Positions 12,143-25,520 of a stretch of 64,000 nucleotides of DNA are shown here, piece by piece. The notes beneath the pieces were generated by a model. The model did no database searches and was not told the DNA's origin. It saw only the letters and a program-made list of their open reading frames with translations. Source of the stretch: Phoronis australis (lineage: Eukaryota > Animalia > Phoronida). The stretch lies in the NCBI GenBank assembly GCA_002633005.1, contig NMRA01000585.1, forward strand, positions 198,802 to 262,801, written 5' to 3'. The position numbers were made by a program, and so were the translations under genes. The first letter of the stretch is position 1, and each line of letters begins with the position of its first letter.

Positions 12143-14369
12143 CAAAACTACACCGAATTCATTTATTTTCTTTTACTGTCTGGGCAAAGCTACACAAAGA
12201 TCTTAAATAAGTTTTTAAGATAAGCTTTTGTCAGTGTTTATTAAGGATGATTTGAAAAGGAAGGGCATCAAATACTCTTGTTGTGTTGTTGTATTTTTGG
12301 TGGAAGCTTATCTGGGATGGTACAAATTTCGAAAATAATTCACCAATCATAAAGACAGATTATAACGACCGTCAATCCCGTTTTGATCAATTATGCTGAG
12401 TTGGGCATAATTGGTCCAATATGTCCATTTTTACCCATTCCGTCCATTTTTGCTTCTTGGGTCTATTTTGCTTTTTAATTCATGTTCACTTGTTAAGTCG
12501 GTTTTAATCTAGTTATTAAGCGTAGTCCATATATAACTGGTGGATTAAGACATCCATTAATTCGGTTTTTACATATCCTGAAGATTTTGCGTGTTAGGTC
12601 CGTTATAGCCCTTTAAATAGATTTCCACTCTAGTTTTGAACTTTTAGTTTTTAAGATAAAATAATTTATATTTCACAAAAGGGAATTGGAACTGCGTCCA
12701 ATTGGATGAATTATCAAATGGACATACCAGTCGAGGGGTTAAGGACCTCCCCCCGAGCCCTTAATCCCGTTTTGACCAATTATGCTGAAATAAACGATAG
12801 ATATGGAGTCTACCCATTATGTCCAATTGGACCCATTTTGTTCATATCCAACAAAAAATCTATAGCTTTGAAATGACCATACGGTGACGAGTACTGTACA
12901 TACCGGTTGATTACCGTGTTGTTAGTGTGAAAAGTTTTAATCATTTTGTCATTACTTAACATTCATCTATCATTGCTCATAGGGATTTCTGGTGAATATG
13001 TTTTGATTGTCTGCTTGATTCAGATATTCGAGGTTTCAACCATTTTAAAAGAGAATTGCAACCCCAGATGGATACTTATACGCTGGTTCAGGCGGAACTA
13101 TTGAATGGTCAATAATGAATTGACATAAGAGGCATGACACCTGCGCTTTTGATGTGATGATGAATTACATTTGCGAATAAGATTAATTTCATGGAGCCAT
13201 CGGTCAGAATACTGCATTTCCGCTACGAAAGGCTTTGAGCTAGAATACTAGGCGACAAAATACGCTTAACTTTTGACGTGTCCTGGGAGTTCTCTCCCAA
13301 AATAACGGATAGCAGTGCGGCCACTTTTTGTTTACCCCAAAGGCGATATCATGATCCTCAGTTCCATCAAGTATTGGTATAACAAAGCCGCGACGTGCCC
13401 TACCGAGACCGGCGACAACTGATTCGGCGAAATAGCCGCCCCAGATGATACTGAGGACAAAATAGCCACGCGGGACGATACCCAGTCATAATGAGTGGGT
13501 GAAATTTACTAGACCTTTCGATGGGAAACCCCCATCTGAGATAAAAGTATTTCGCGGCATGGCAGTGAATTGAGCGGTACTTGGCCTGCACTATATAAAA
13601 CAGATGGTATTTTCGACTGCAACTAACTGTGAAGGAGGACCGAAAGTCCGTGACTGTTGGAAGCACTATTTAGTCGACTTTCTGTTTCTCCGTTAATTAA
13701 GGCAAGGAGGATGTTGCGTTTTACATTGTTGAGTACGCGAAATTTTCATGAGAGACTTTTCACGTTTAATAAGTTGCACGTTATACTTTGAACTGACGTA
13801 AGGAACTGTTTTGAAATTTACAATACACACGTCTGAAGCAAAGAGTCTTACATCAATCAACATTACAGATATTCAAACACTATACGCATTTAATCAGTGT
13901 TGTCCAACGGTAAAACCAATGCCGCCTGTACGACAAAAATAACATTACAATTTATGCTACTTTTTACTGTTCTCGTTGCTCAAACAGTTGTGAAAGTGAC
14001 TGTCCAAAATGACATTTTAACATGCTTGTTTTTGAAAAAATTCACGAAATTTTTTTAAAACAGGTCATGAATTAAGGACATTTGGACAGTTAGCCTTGCT
14101 TTGGATTCGAAGTCGGCGGCCCTTCCGCAATATCCCTCAGGGATATTAAAACTTAGGAGGCACATTATTAGTAACTTGCAGTTACTTCCTGCTATTCTGG
14201 CTAAAATAAGATATTCTTCCATTTTAAGCAGTACGAACACCACAGCAACACGTTTCAACTGCACAAATTTCAATAAACCACAAATCCTAACGAATGGTGT
14301 AAATCCCCACGCCACAAATAATCGTGACTTGCACAAACTGCCACACATTTATTGTGCGCCCACACATGT

Positions 14370-15510
14370 GGCTGAATGTCATCTCTGTCCGGGCGTCCAC
14401 GGCTGTATCTCCTAAACCCCTTGCAGCATCTTATTGAAATTTGGCAGGACCTGGTGTGTTCAGACGACGACGAGTTTTGGACCGACCCGAATACCACTGT
14501 GGCCCCTAGTGGCAATTTTAGTTTTTTAGTTTGCCTATGTATCTTCCAAGTTACTTGATGGATTTTCATGAAATTGGGCAAAGCTGAAGGTTTTTAATAC
14601 GGAGGCAATGACGCTATTCCATTTTCGGACGGATTCAACGAATTTTACGCCCCCTTGTGTAATGTTACTTTTGCATCCATTTCAAGTTCTGGCGTCCGCC
14701 TTTCTATCTGCCGTCCGCGTTCAAAAGTTCATTAGAAAAATTTACAGGTGTGTTGCTGATGAGAAAGTCACGACTGACGTTGACTTTCGGACGGTTCCGA
14801 CTACTGTGTCACTCCCTAGTAACGATTTTTGCGTCTGCGGCCGAATCTCCTTCGAAGGAGCTTTGTGAAATTTGAAACTGGATCTATGATTCCTATGGAG
14901 CCATCTACAAAACAGAAACAAGAGTCGAACTGATCCAAATACCACTGTGCTCCCTAGTGGCAAAATGTTTTTGTTTACGCTTGCTGCTGTATCTTCAAAT
15001 TTCAGTACCGTATTTTCATGTATTTTCATGAAATTCAGCAAGTAGGTTTCTATTAAGGAGACGACAACGCCCTCCAATTTTCAGACTTGATGTTTTCTGC
15101 GCCACCTGGTGACCGTTTTTGATATGTTTTCGTCCGTCTTCTGGCGTCCACCTCCCTATCTGCCATACTGCTTAAAGGATCATTATGGGAATTCATACAT
15201 ATGTGTTCCTGATGAGAAGGCCACGACTGAAGTTGACTTTCTAACGGGTCCGACTACTGTGTCGCTCCTAATGGTGAATTTTTGCGTCTTAGGCCGAATC
15301 TCCTTAACGCTTTGTGAAATTTGAAAGCTGTGTTCCTATGGAGCCGACGACAAATCGGTAACAAGTGTCGAACTAGCCCAAATAGTATTGTGCCCCCTAG
15401 AAGCAAAATGTTTTTTACGTTCACCCCAGTATCTTAGGAGTTCATGAATGTATTTCATAAAATTCGGCAAATAGTTTTTTATTAAGGAGACGACAACGCC
15501 TCAACGGTCG
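14370..15510 (+). repeat. Interspersed repeat with internally repeated core (Helentron/HINE-like family)
   Basis: Recurring modules gaaatttggcaggtgtgttc…, actgtgcccctagtggcaa…, ttcatgaaattcggcaaat…; homologous to 18560-18912 and 21961-22500. Confidence 0.7.
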
Positions 15511-17642
15511 CCACTAATTTTTAGTCATCCCTCCCCGATCCTCACCAATTTTTCTTCTAGTAGTTTGTGGCCACCGTCGAAGCACCCCCCATTAGTTCGA
15601 GTAAAAATTATGCTTGCTTATGTGTCGATTGAGAAAATCTCGTATGGATACTAAACCCTGTTTTGGGCATTCAAGCTGAACCTTTCACCTGGAGATGTAC
15701 AGTTTGTACTTCTCCGATGAGATCAAATGTTCCAGTCGTTCCTAGCAGAGACCAGAAGGCTCCGATCTATTCTGGCTTATGACTGATAAAAATGTCTCAT
15801 AGTAATGAAGACTAGCTGGCTTTCCCAACAAGTGCACAGATTCGTTAACTCCATGCGATATTTTCTACTCCTAAGTGAACGGTAACGGTAGCACCTTTAA
15901 AAAGTTCACACAGCATTTTCATAGTTTTTGAGGTTTTAATTTGCTAATATGAATTGAATACCATAAAATCTAAATAAATAAACACTTTTTATGCCAAATA
16001 GTCGCGAACTTTTTAATTTTGAAGAAAAATTAGTTATTTCCAAGTTTACCGCCAAATGATGTAAAGTGTGGAAGACGTTTAGTCACTTGACAATCAAGTG
16101 CAATAGCGGAACGAAGCAAAAGGCGAGGACGATTTTGAGCGAAAACTGGGCGCAGACAGAAAGGAGAGTGGATACGGGAATCACACTACTCAAGTACTTG
16201 AAGAATCAGACAATGAATTTCTTTCCCACTTAGCGAGCTTTTTGGCCATATGAACTCGACACACTTGCAAGAGGAATGATGCAGACATATGAGCCACAAC
16301 CAACTGAACAAAATTGTGGTCAATATTCACAAAATAGACACTTAAAAATCACTGACAAGGGCTACAGTAAACCTGAATCACTCGATCGTATTCACTTTTG
16401 TCATGATGAAATGAGCACGATCCACTGGGCCAGTAGCCAGCATTGCACGGGGGGAGGGGGCGGGGTTCGAGTTTCTAGAACGGTGGACCTTTGATATTTT
16501 GCAAAGGTCGACACTGTAGAGTTTTCAGTAAGGCCCTTGACGGAGCTTAATTAAGGGAAAGGGAGATCTGTATACGCAACGATGACTCTCAGTTCTGAGA
16601 TGAGACAGAATTTGTAATAAATGAGGATAACGTGACGTTTGCTTGCAATGAACAGGACTCACATTCTGATGCAATGTGGTCCAGGAAGAGAACATTCTCG
16701 TGTTACTTACTACCAAATTTTCAAATCAGGCGCCAGAAATATTTAGTTAGCCTTTGACGCAATTTTTTATCTGGTTGTATTTTTGCGCATTACTGAAGTT
16801 TCTTACATCGCTGAAAACAGGAACAGCCCCACTATTTCGAAGGCTCACACTACTCTGAAGGTTCACTATTCCGAAGCATGCGCACATCCAGGGCCGGGGG
16901 GGGGGGGGNGGGGGGGGGGGGGGGGGGGCTCGGGAGCTTGAACAAGCCTCCCCCATTCGGCGAAGTGAGCAAAAAGGTCCGCCTGAGAAAAACGAAAACT
17001 CTGCAACAAGCAGAAAACGAGACAAAAGTCCAATTTACCGTGCTATGCTAGCAAGCCGAATATACCAGAATAGCAGATAACAAACCTATTTCCTTCTGTT
17101 TTGTTTCTTGGTCGATTTTAAGGCATTCACACCACACTACATTTTGGGAGCTCTCTCGCTGCTATATCCACGGACACGATCAAAATAAGGACGCTTTCCG
17201 GATGCTGTCAGATGCCACAACGTACTAAACAGGCCTGTCAAGTTACTGAGCCTTTGGAAACGGCGGCCCCTGTTACACTTCAACGTTCCTTTCTAAACAA
17301 ATTACACTTTTTGAAATACATCTCTGATAGTGCCCAGCAAACAGTAAAATCTTAAAAGATAAGACCTAGATAAGACACTTCTTGTACCGTTCGTGCCGGT
17401 AAAACTGACGTCGTCAGCTGAGAATTTAGAAGTGGCACCTTTTGATGGCCCTGTGGTGTGCCCGGATTGTGACATGGGGTCGGAATTTCTGGTAAAAGTC
17501 GATGAATAGCAAACCGGAATTGAGGAGTATTTAATCTACGATTGATGTCCGCTTTTTCCTACTTTTGTACTACAACTGCTTCACAATTTCTACTTAACTT
17601 TTTGTTAACAATGTGTCACCGCCGTTCTTATAACTTGCTCAG

Positions 17643-17799
17643 TTAAAAGGGAACTGTATTTTATTCTGAATAAATTCTAGATAGTTTTCTATGAATTGTT
17701 GATCAATTTCACAAATAATTCAACANGGCAAATGTGACTTTTATTTGTATGTTAGAACCGATTAACTGCAACATTATTTTGACTACAGTCCCCTTTTAA
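17643..17799. mobile_element. Small Kolobok-like MITE
   Basis: ttaa|aagggaactgta ... tacagtcccctt|ttaa inverted termini with TTAA flanks. Confidence 0.6.
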
Positions 17800-18912
17800 A
17801 GCAGCCTGAAAACTGCTAAGTTCATCATTTGTTTAGTATGAAAATCAAAACAGGCCAGATATTCGTTATTTAAAATAGTTTTATATTCTATCATTAGGTG
17901 ACGGTGTGGCTTTTGAAAAACTCATTAGAGTGCTATTTTCTTCTCTAATTTGTTTAATATGACCAGAAATGTTAAATGTGTCTGAGACAATATTTTTATC
18001 AATCATGACGCTGTGTACACGAACTCCAAATTTCGTCAATTTCACCAAATTCATTCATGGCAAATTACACTAAAATATACAACTTTAAATGCGGGAACTT
18101 TTAATGTGTGAAAAGTACTGCTATGAGTGAAGTGGAAAACGTTAAAATAAAATTGGCAGGTGAAAGAACTCAAGAAAACCAGTTTTAAAAGCTGTCCTGC
18201 AACTCAAGGCCTATTGTCTAAAGGCGCAAAATCGCAAGTTGATGCACCTGTTATTCTTTCATTCATCAAATATCCGCCGACATTTCCCTACATCAACTTT
18301 TCAAACACACTCAGTTTCAAAACCAAGCGACAAATTCCCCGGACACTAAGTCAATACATTTCGTGTTCTGTTCGCTTTTCTAGCTCCTCCGAACATGACC
18401 TTTTCATTCGTTTGACTTCTGAATCGCGTTTACATCCCTTCGTGTTTTCGGGATATTCAATGCTTATTTCTTTACAACCAGTTCACCGGTTTCCAAAATT
18501 GTTGTGTTAATCAGTCACCAAAGCCAAGAAGAGCAATCACATGTCTGGATTTTTCAATTATTTTTTGCTATTCATCGACCGCTAAAGTGGATCTTATTGA
18601 AATTTGGTAGGTGTGTTCGTATGCGGCTGACGACAGATGACGACTAGTTTCGGACTGATCCGAGTACCGCTGTGCCCCCTAGTGGAAATTTTATTTTTTT
18701 ACGTTTGTCTCTGTATCTTCGAAGTTCCTTGATGAATTTTCGTGAAATTCGGCAAATAGGTTTTTAATAAGGATGTAATGATGCCATTCCATTTTCGGAC
18801 GGACTCGACGGATTTTACACCACCTTGTGGCCATTTTTGTTATGTTTGCTTCCATTTTCTGTCGTCGTTTCTCTATATGCCATACCGCTCAAAGGATCAT
18901 TATGAAAATTTA

Positions 18913-21900
18913 CACCCCGGCCAACCCGCGACCGAGAACGCCCGGAAGGCAATCGAGAACGAGACCTTGCACTAAAAATGGAAGACGATAGTCACGTACC
19001 CGGTGAGTTTAAGTGTCATTTTCTGCTTAAATAGAGGCCACTTTGGTACGAATGTTGCACACAGAAAAGCTTCAGAGTGGAACCTTTGTTGTGGATCTGA
19101 AATAACACTTGGCTTTTGCTTATTTTTTTAAATAAAGAGCTCAGAAAGCAATGGCTTTCGGTAAAATGCCTTGCGCCTCGTAAAATCGACAATTTCTACT
19201 TAAAAAGAGACGTGTGACGTTTATAGTTTAATCGTCCCTGGTCACACCTTTGTTAGTTATGATTTGTGAAACAATTTGAGATATTTACCAATACAAGCAG
19301 GTCCTTGTGTGAGACGGCGATCGGGAACGATGTCGTTAATTCTCTATGGCGATCGTGAACGCAAAAAAAGCGATCGTGAACGTACATTTTTTTTCTCTGC
19401 AGGCCGATTCACTGTCATATCTGTGATCAACGTTTCATGGAAAGAGTAAGCCTGATGCGACACTGCGTCACAGCACGGATCTTTAACAGAACCAGTACAT
19501 TTTTGTAGTCAAGTTAAGGTAGATTTAAATGGCCATACTAAGTGTCATTGGGCAATACTTACATACAAGTGTTCTGACCAATGAGTAATTTAAATGAAAA
19601 TTTATGTCTATGATTATTGTAGAAATTGCTTTCATATTGTTGTTGATTTCCTGTGAGAGACTGTTATACTACCAATCAATCCTAAATACATTGTCTATGA
19701 TTCAGTGATGATTGGTTCGAGTTAATCCTTTATTAATCCCGACCGTACGTTCACAAGCCTACTCAAACAAAACGTCCGACGTAATGTCTGTTTATGCTCC
19801 AGCCAGTGCTGCGAAGCCTTGATTTGTGTTGAACTTCTGAGATACTTCCAGCAACTGTTACACTCGATTCAATAACCTGATGTCTCTATAGCTGGCTCTC
19901 TATTGACTATCGCTGTAACTGCTGATTCTCTTCACTGCAACTCAACTGTAGTTCTCCTGATAAACTTTCTTGAACTCACCGATTAACTGACTTGATCTTC
20001 TCTTGAACTGACGTGATCTAACTAACACAAACCCGTGCTTGTGTATTTATAGCCTAATGCATTGTTCTGGAACTTTTCATCAATTCAAGCACATTCTAGA
20101 ACTTTCCTGAATCTAACCAACTATTCTACAAACATATACTAGTCTCTAGAATATTCCAGACTGCATTAATCACTGTCATGCTAGAGTCTTCTAGAAAGTT
20201 CCACACTATACTGTAGTAAACAAATTACATCATCACTGTTCTGACCTCAGTCTTCTAGAAAGTTCCACACTATTTTGTAGTAAACAAATTACATCATCAC
20301 TGTACTTAACTCAGGGGTCATGCCAATGAAACAGAATAACAAAACAAAACAAAACAATACAACTAAAAATACTGTCAGACAATATTCTGACAACATTCCA
20401 AAAGTAATTCGTTGGAAATGTTCAATGGATTTGTTTTGTTGATTTCCCTATAAATAAATTTATATATTTTTGTAAGACCAATTTTAAGGTACGTGTGATA
20501 AAAGATTAATATTATAATAGAAATGCTATAATATTGTTGATTTCCTGTATAAATCACCACAGTATGTAGTTGAAGTGACGTTAATTACAACATGTTGACT
20601 ACGTTTTGAGAAAATCACAATATAGTATGTGTATTATAACTCAATTTTTTCAATGTCACATTAAACTCGAGATCATGACTGAACTGATGATGCAGGTGAA
20701 CTTAGGACCAATACTGCAAAACAGAAGAGTCAAACGCAACGTACATTCAAGCCACACGGTGCCACAAGTCAATCTGTTCATCTCTGTATCGATGTTATCA
20801 GTAAAACATCAGGCAAAATCCCACCCGTTTTATCAGCACACCAGTTTACACAACTTCTGGCCAATTTTTGATCCCAGACGTTTATGAGTGGGAATCTTTG
20901 AATCATCTCGTGAAGTGTTGCCGCACTCCCCTCTCTCCCCATGGGCGAGCTCATCACCATTCTTTGACTTCACTGGCTATTTTTTTCCTTTTGCTGTCAC
21001 AATTTTACAAGAAGATTCTACACTCGCTTTCATCGCGGTGCTGCAACAATTTGTTTACCCCTGGCTGACAGGCCACATGGAACAATTCCTGGGTGAGCCT
21101 TCAGTTTAGAAACCCTTATTCTCAGTGGTTTGGACTAAAAGTAGATGCCTGGCCTACACTTTTCAAAACCCTGGTCGGGTGTACCTTCACGTCGTGGGTA
21201 ACATGTTCATTGAAGCTCGCCTCACATTAACAGTGAACTTGTTTCCTGAAATGAGATTAAATTCGTTTGTGAAACTAAAATTATGCTTGAAGTACATGTA
21301 GTGCTCATGGCAATTTAATGGAAATATGCTATGTTGTTGTTCAGTTTTGATACGAAAATAACACAGTAACGACACACAGTGTGATTAATTCATTGCACCA
21401 CACTTATTTTGTAACCTTTTCACGTTTTATAAGTAAAAAGTTCATTACTTGTGGACACACCACAATGCGTTCTCGATCGCATAAACAAACACAAATTTGC
21501 GTTCCCGATCGCATAAACAAACACAAATTTGCGTTCCCGATCGCTTATCGTTGCGTTCTCGATCGCATCTTTCGAGAGAAAAGCGTCGAAAAATCAGAGA
21601 TCCTGACAAAACTACAAAAAACAAGCGTTGCGTTATATTTTCACATGTCATTTCTTCATAACTCCATGGTCAATTTATTGATTAGTGCCAAAAATAACGG
21701 CAATTTGCCAAAATGACATACAAATCACCTTTGGCTTAAGCGATGCCTCGGTCAACGTAACTTTTCTCCAGTAATTGGGAGAGACACTAGCCTAAACCTC
21801 TATCTACCCTTCCTAAATGTGTCATGTCTCTGTTTTCACATTGGAAATAAAAACAACGAATATTCATCAAATTTACTCACCTTGCCTGGCTTCGCTTCTC

Positions 21901-21960
21901 GCGCTAAATTTCGTTCTCGATCGCTTTCCGGTCATTCTCGATCGCGGATTGGCCGGGGTG
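18913..21960. mobile_element. Non-autonomous DNA transposon with long imperfect TIRs (CACCCCGGCCAA...TTGGCCGGGGTG)
   Basis: Inverted termini, mirrored GCGATCGNGAACG subterminal repeats, AATTTA on both flanks. Confidence 0.85.
19692..20325 (-). mobile_element. Solo LTR-like element with heat-shock-element array
   Basis: TGTC(T)ATGA...TCATGCCA termini. On the minus strand: several nGAAnnTTCn clusters, then TATAAATA (20044-20051), then AATAAA (~19728). Internal ~60-bp duplication. No TSD found. Confidence 0.65.
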
Positions 21961-23798
21961 AATTTAGAGATGTGTTCCTGATGAAAAGGTCACGATTAAC
22001 GTTGACTTTCGGACAAGTCCGACTACCGTGTCGCCCCTTAGTGGCGTTTTTGGCGTCTGAGGCTGAATCCTCCGTAATCCTTTGAAGGAGCTCTGTGGAA
22101 TTTGAAAGATGCATTTTTTCTATGGAGCCGACGACAAACGATAATAAGTGTCGAACTCATCCAAATACCACTGTGCCCCTTAGTGGCAATTTTTTAACGT
22201 TTACCTCTGTAGCTCTGGAGTTCATTAAAGTATATTCATGAAATTAAGGGAACAGGTTGCTATTAAGGAGACGACAACGCCTTTTCCTTTTTCCTACAGA
22301 TTTGATGTTTTCTGCGCCAACTGGTGGCCATTTAAAATTATGCTTTTGATGCTGCCTCTCTATCTGCCAAACTACTCGAAGGATCATTATGAAAATTGAC
22401 GGTTGTGTTCCTGATGCGACGTTGATATTTCGGACGTTTTCGATTATTCTGGTGCCTCCTAGGGGCAATTTTGCTTTTTTGCGCCTACAGCTGTATCTTC
22501 TTAACCCTTTGAGTTAATGTCTCAAAAAAACGAAAAAGACATGTTTTAAGACACTTATTCGAAAAATGTTACAAAGTCATTTTTGTAGGTTGTAAAGTTT
22601 TGACCATATTTTAAAATGCTATGCCAAACAGTTACCAATAAAGGCACGTGATAATCCCATTGACTGAAAGTACAAAACACAATTAAAAGGCATATTTTTG
22701 CCTTAATTAACCCACATCTCAAATTTCGCTCTCATGAGCATACGTGGTTATGAAGTGGTGCCGCAATTGCAAGGATCCGGTTTGCCAGCTGACTGCGGTT
22801 TTCTCTGTGCGCGCATCTTCAACGCCTCTACGTCGATGGTCGGAGCACATTTATAAATGTCTGGCTGCTCGAGCTCCTTCTTGTCAGTCGTTGACCGTTA
22901 CGAGGATGGCACAAGCTGGATGGACAATCAGGACTAACATCACCGTCTGCTGTATTTGCCTCTTCAGTGTAGTGGTTGTGGTGCGATGCCTGCCTCCTGG
23001 ATTCAGAGAAATCAACAAAAGACAGCGACACGGTAGGATTGGGATTTCGCCCACCATAAAAAGGGGCCAATGATGTTCACTTTTTACCGAAAGATACAAA
23101 ATCTCAGAGAATTTGGCAACTGCCAACAATATAACTACTTCGATCTACTCATGCAGACTAGATTAATCACTGATAGAATCAGTCGGCGTTTGTGACAGTA
23201 GCCCGGCAGCAGAGGTACAACTCGAGTATGAAAAATCACTGGAAGTACCTTTTAACACCATGTGGTCGAAAAAATGTGGTCTTATCATTAAAGGGCATTG
23301 CCTTCTGACAGTATATAGGTTTAAATATCTTATCTAAATATGGAAATCATGAAATCTCTCAGTAACACGCTGTGTTTAAGATTTCCTTATCATGGTAGCG
23401 CTGTGGTACTTCATAAGACTAATCTGCGTGACAACGCTGCGAACAGGTATTGTATCGACATTATCACATCAAGGAGAATTACGCAAAAGACGAAAACGAC
23501 ATCGTCCCAGAGATTTTAGGATTAGTTTCAAGGTTAGAGTAAAGGTGAGGGACGTTTAGGGTTTAATTTAAGTTAGTGTTAGGATTAGGGTTGTTCTTAA
23601 GCCGCATGCACGAGAGACAATTGTCACCGCGTCAGACATAAGATCGCAAACTAGATCAGCATGAGTCACGTACACGAAGACTGTCAAGGCATGCTCGCAT
23701 AAACAATAGCGAATGTCCAAACCACGAGAAATGCCAACTGATCACCCTAATACGCGCTATTGCGCAAACGCATTGAAGGATGACCCCAGTTGTGTTAA

Positions 23799-25520
23799 AG
23801 GAGTTTGCCACCCGATTTAATTAGTCTTTTTTACCCACTTAATCGGTCTATATCCGCCTCTTATACGGTGGACCTCACCTTGCCGAGAGCTTTCGCGTTA
23901 ACCTGTGAGGAAGGTGAGAAACGACGCAGCGACGTCAGTAGTTCGATCTGCCGTGCAGAGTGAATGTCGCTATATTGCAGTGCATCGTTCCCGCTTGTCT
24001 GAACTATGAAGCTGCGAAGAAAGCGGGTATATCGTTTTTTCGTCTTCCTCGAGAACCCGAAATGCTTAGGAAGTGGCTCGCGGTAGTGAAGAATGAAAGG
24101 TAAGCTGTTAATAGCAAGTATGAGGCCGTGAAACATCTCCGTGTCTGTAGCCGGCATTTCGTCGAAAGTGATTTCTCTGACGAATTCTGGCTTACCAAAG
24201 GACTATCCATACTTTCCGTTGCCTGTGCATGTTCACGGCGCCTCTCTAGTATTTCTTGATCAGTGTACTCCGGTTCGAACTGATAACCTTTGAAACCTAA
24301 CGTTCCGACCCGTGAAGTCTTCGTCGGATGAGCTGTTGACTAGGTCGGGTCTGGCGCCGGACGAGTTGCCATGTACGCGTTTATTATTCTACGTTTTGTT
24401 TCAAAATGAATGATTCTCATCCTAACCAATGCTTATATAATTGAAACAAAGTCTGTCTCATTAGATTTAATTTGTAATGCCTTTGGAATATTCGTCAGTG
24501 CAAATGTTTTGAGAAGCCAGCAATGAATAAACCACTGCGTTACCGGCTTTTGATGCAGGCAATAAAGGTAATTGACCGGGCACCGAGGCCGTGTGAGCGC
24601 ATTCTAATTCAGTGTTTGTTGACAGAAAGCTGGTGTGAAACAATTACACGATTTTATATGCTATGGTCACATAGTAGAATCTTTAGGCTATTTAGAAATA
24701 CAAATACAATATTCATATCAATGTTACTGTACAACCTTTGCCCTGACGGTCTGTGGAAGGGGAATCCGACTTCGCAGCCCCCGACAAGTAAGTAGATTTT
24801 CAGTTCCGTTGCTAATTTAGATAAATAATTATGTGCACATCATTTATTTGGCTCACTATTATAATCTTTTTGTGACTGGAGATTTAGTTTCCAACTCAAG
24901 CTGGTTTACATTCGTGCCAGTCCCGGTGGCCGGCCGCGACGGACCTGATCGGGTTCCGCGCCACTCAGGCCTGGATAACGAGTCAGTCCGGCCGCGACGG
25001 GCCTGATCAGGTTCCGAGTCACTGGCCGGGATAACAAGCGTTTTGTGTGTTTAGAACTCAAAAAATCACAAGCCTAGATAACACAGATATAAGTTCTCTT
25101 GTCTGTATTTCACGGAAGCATACTTTGAATTTATCTCCGAACAGACCCCAAACTCTTGCAACGCCACCTTGGTAAATTGGCCTGCCGAACTTTGTAGGCT
25201 ACGGTATGTCCAAATACCAATAAATCCGTAACAGCGAAATAAAATATCACGTTTTTATAAGACCTCGGGGGTATTTTTAAGGGTTTTACATCGAAGTTTG
25301 ATGATTTATTGGTGTTAAACGATGAATTCAGGCGATAAGCTGACACCAGTAACCCGTGTTGTGAACTGCTGAACAGACTTCGTGTGAAAGCAATGACGTC
25401 AGTGGATAATTTCAACACCTCCGTCTGCCGACAGGTGTCAGGTAACGCAACCGAACGTGCCATTATCGAGTAGAACTAACTTGATACAAAATAGGTGTTT
25501 TTTTTTGGATGGCATTCTCC
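23799..25520 (+). mobile_element. Kolobok-type DNA transposon derivative
   Basis: TTAA|aggagtttgccacc ... ggatggcattctcc|TTAA termini; contains a THAP remnant; 58-bp internal duplication at 24930-25035. Confidence 0.7.
23981..24200 (+). pseudogene. THAP zinc-finger domain remnant
   Basis: Frame reads CIVPAC…ISFFRLPREPEMLRKWL…*…LRVCSRHFVESDF, the classic THAP signature, with one in-frame stop. Confidence 0.85.

Larger units (their letters stand above)
18560..22500 (+). repeat. Second copy of the HINE-like repeat, split by the 18913-21960 insertion
   Basis: Sequence left of 18913 and right of 21960 joins into the module seen at 14730-14800 and 15180-15260. Confidence 0.7.

Noticed and set aside
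13200-13680. GC-richer stretch with a TATA-like box and a small hairpin
   Set aside because: No recognisable ORF, RNA family or termini; cannot be assigned from the sequence
14756-14800. Hammerhead-like CTGATGA + stem (gaaagtca/tgactttc), also at 15209 and 21978
   Set aside because: The stem is followed by GGAC/TAAC instead of the required GAAA, and no stems I/III are evident
23515-23592. Degenerate TTAGGG-like tract
   Set aside because: Too short and degenerate to call an interstitial telomere; such tracts are common inside MITEs
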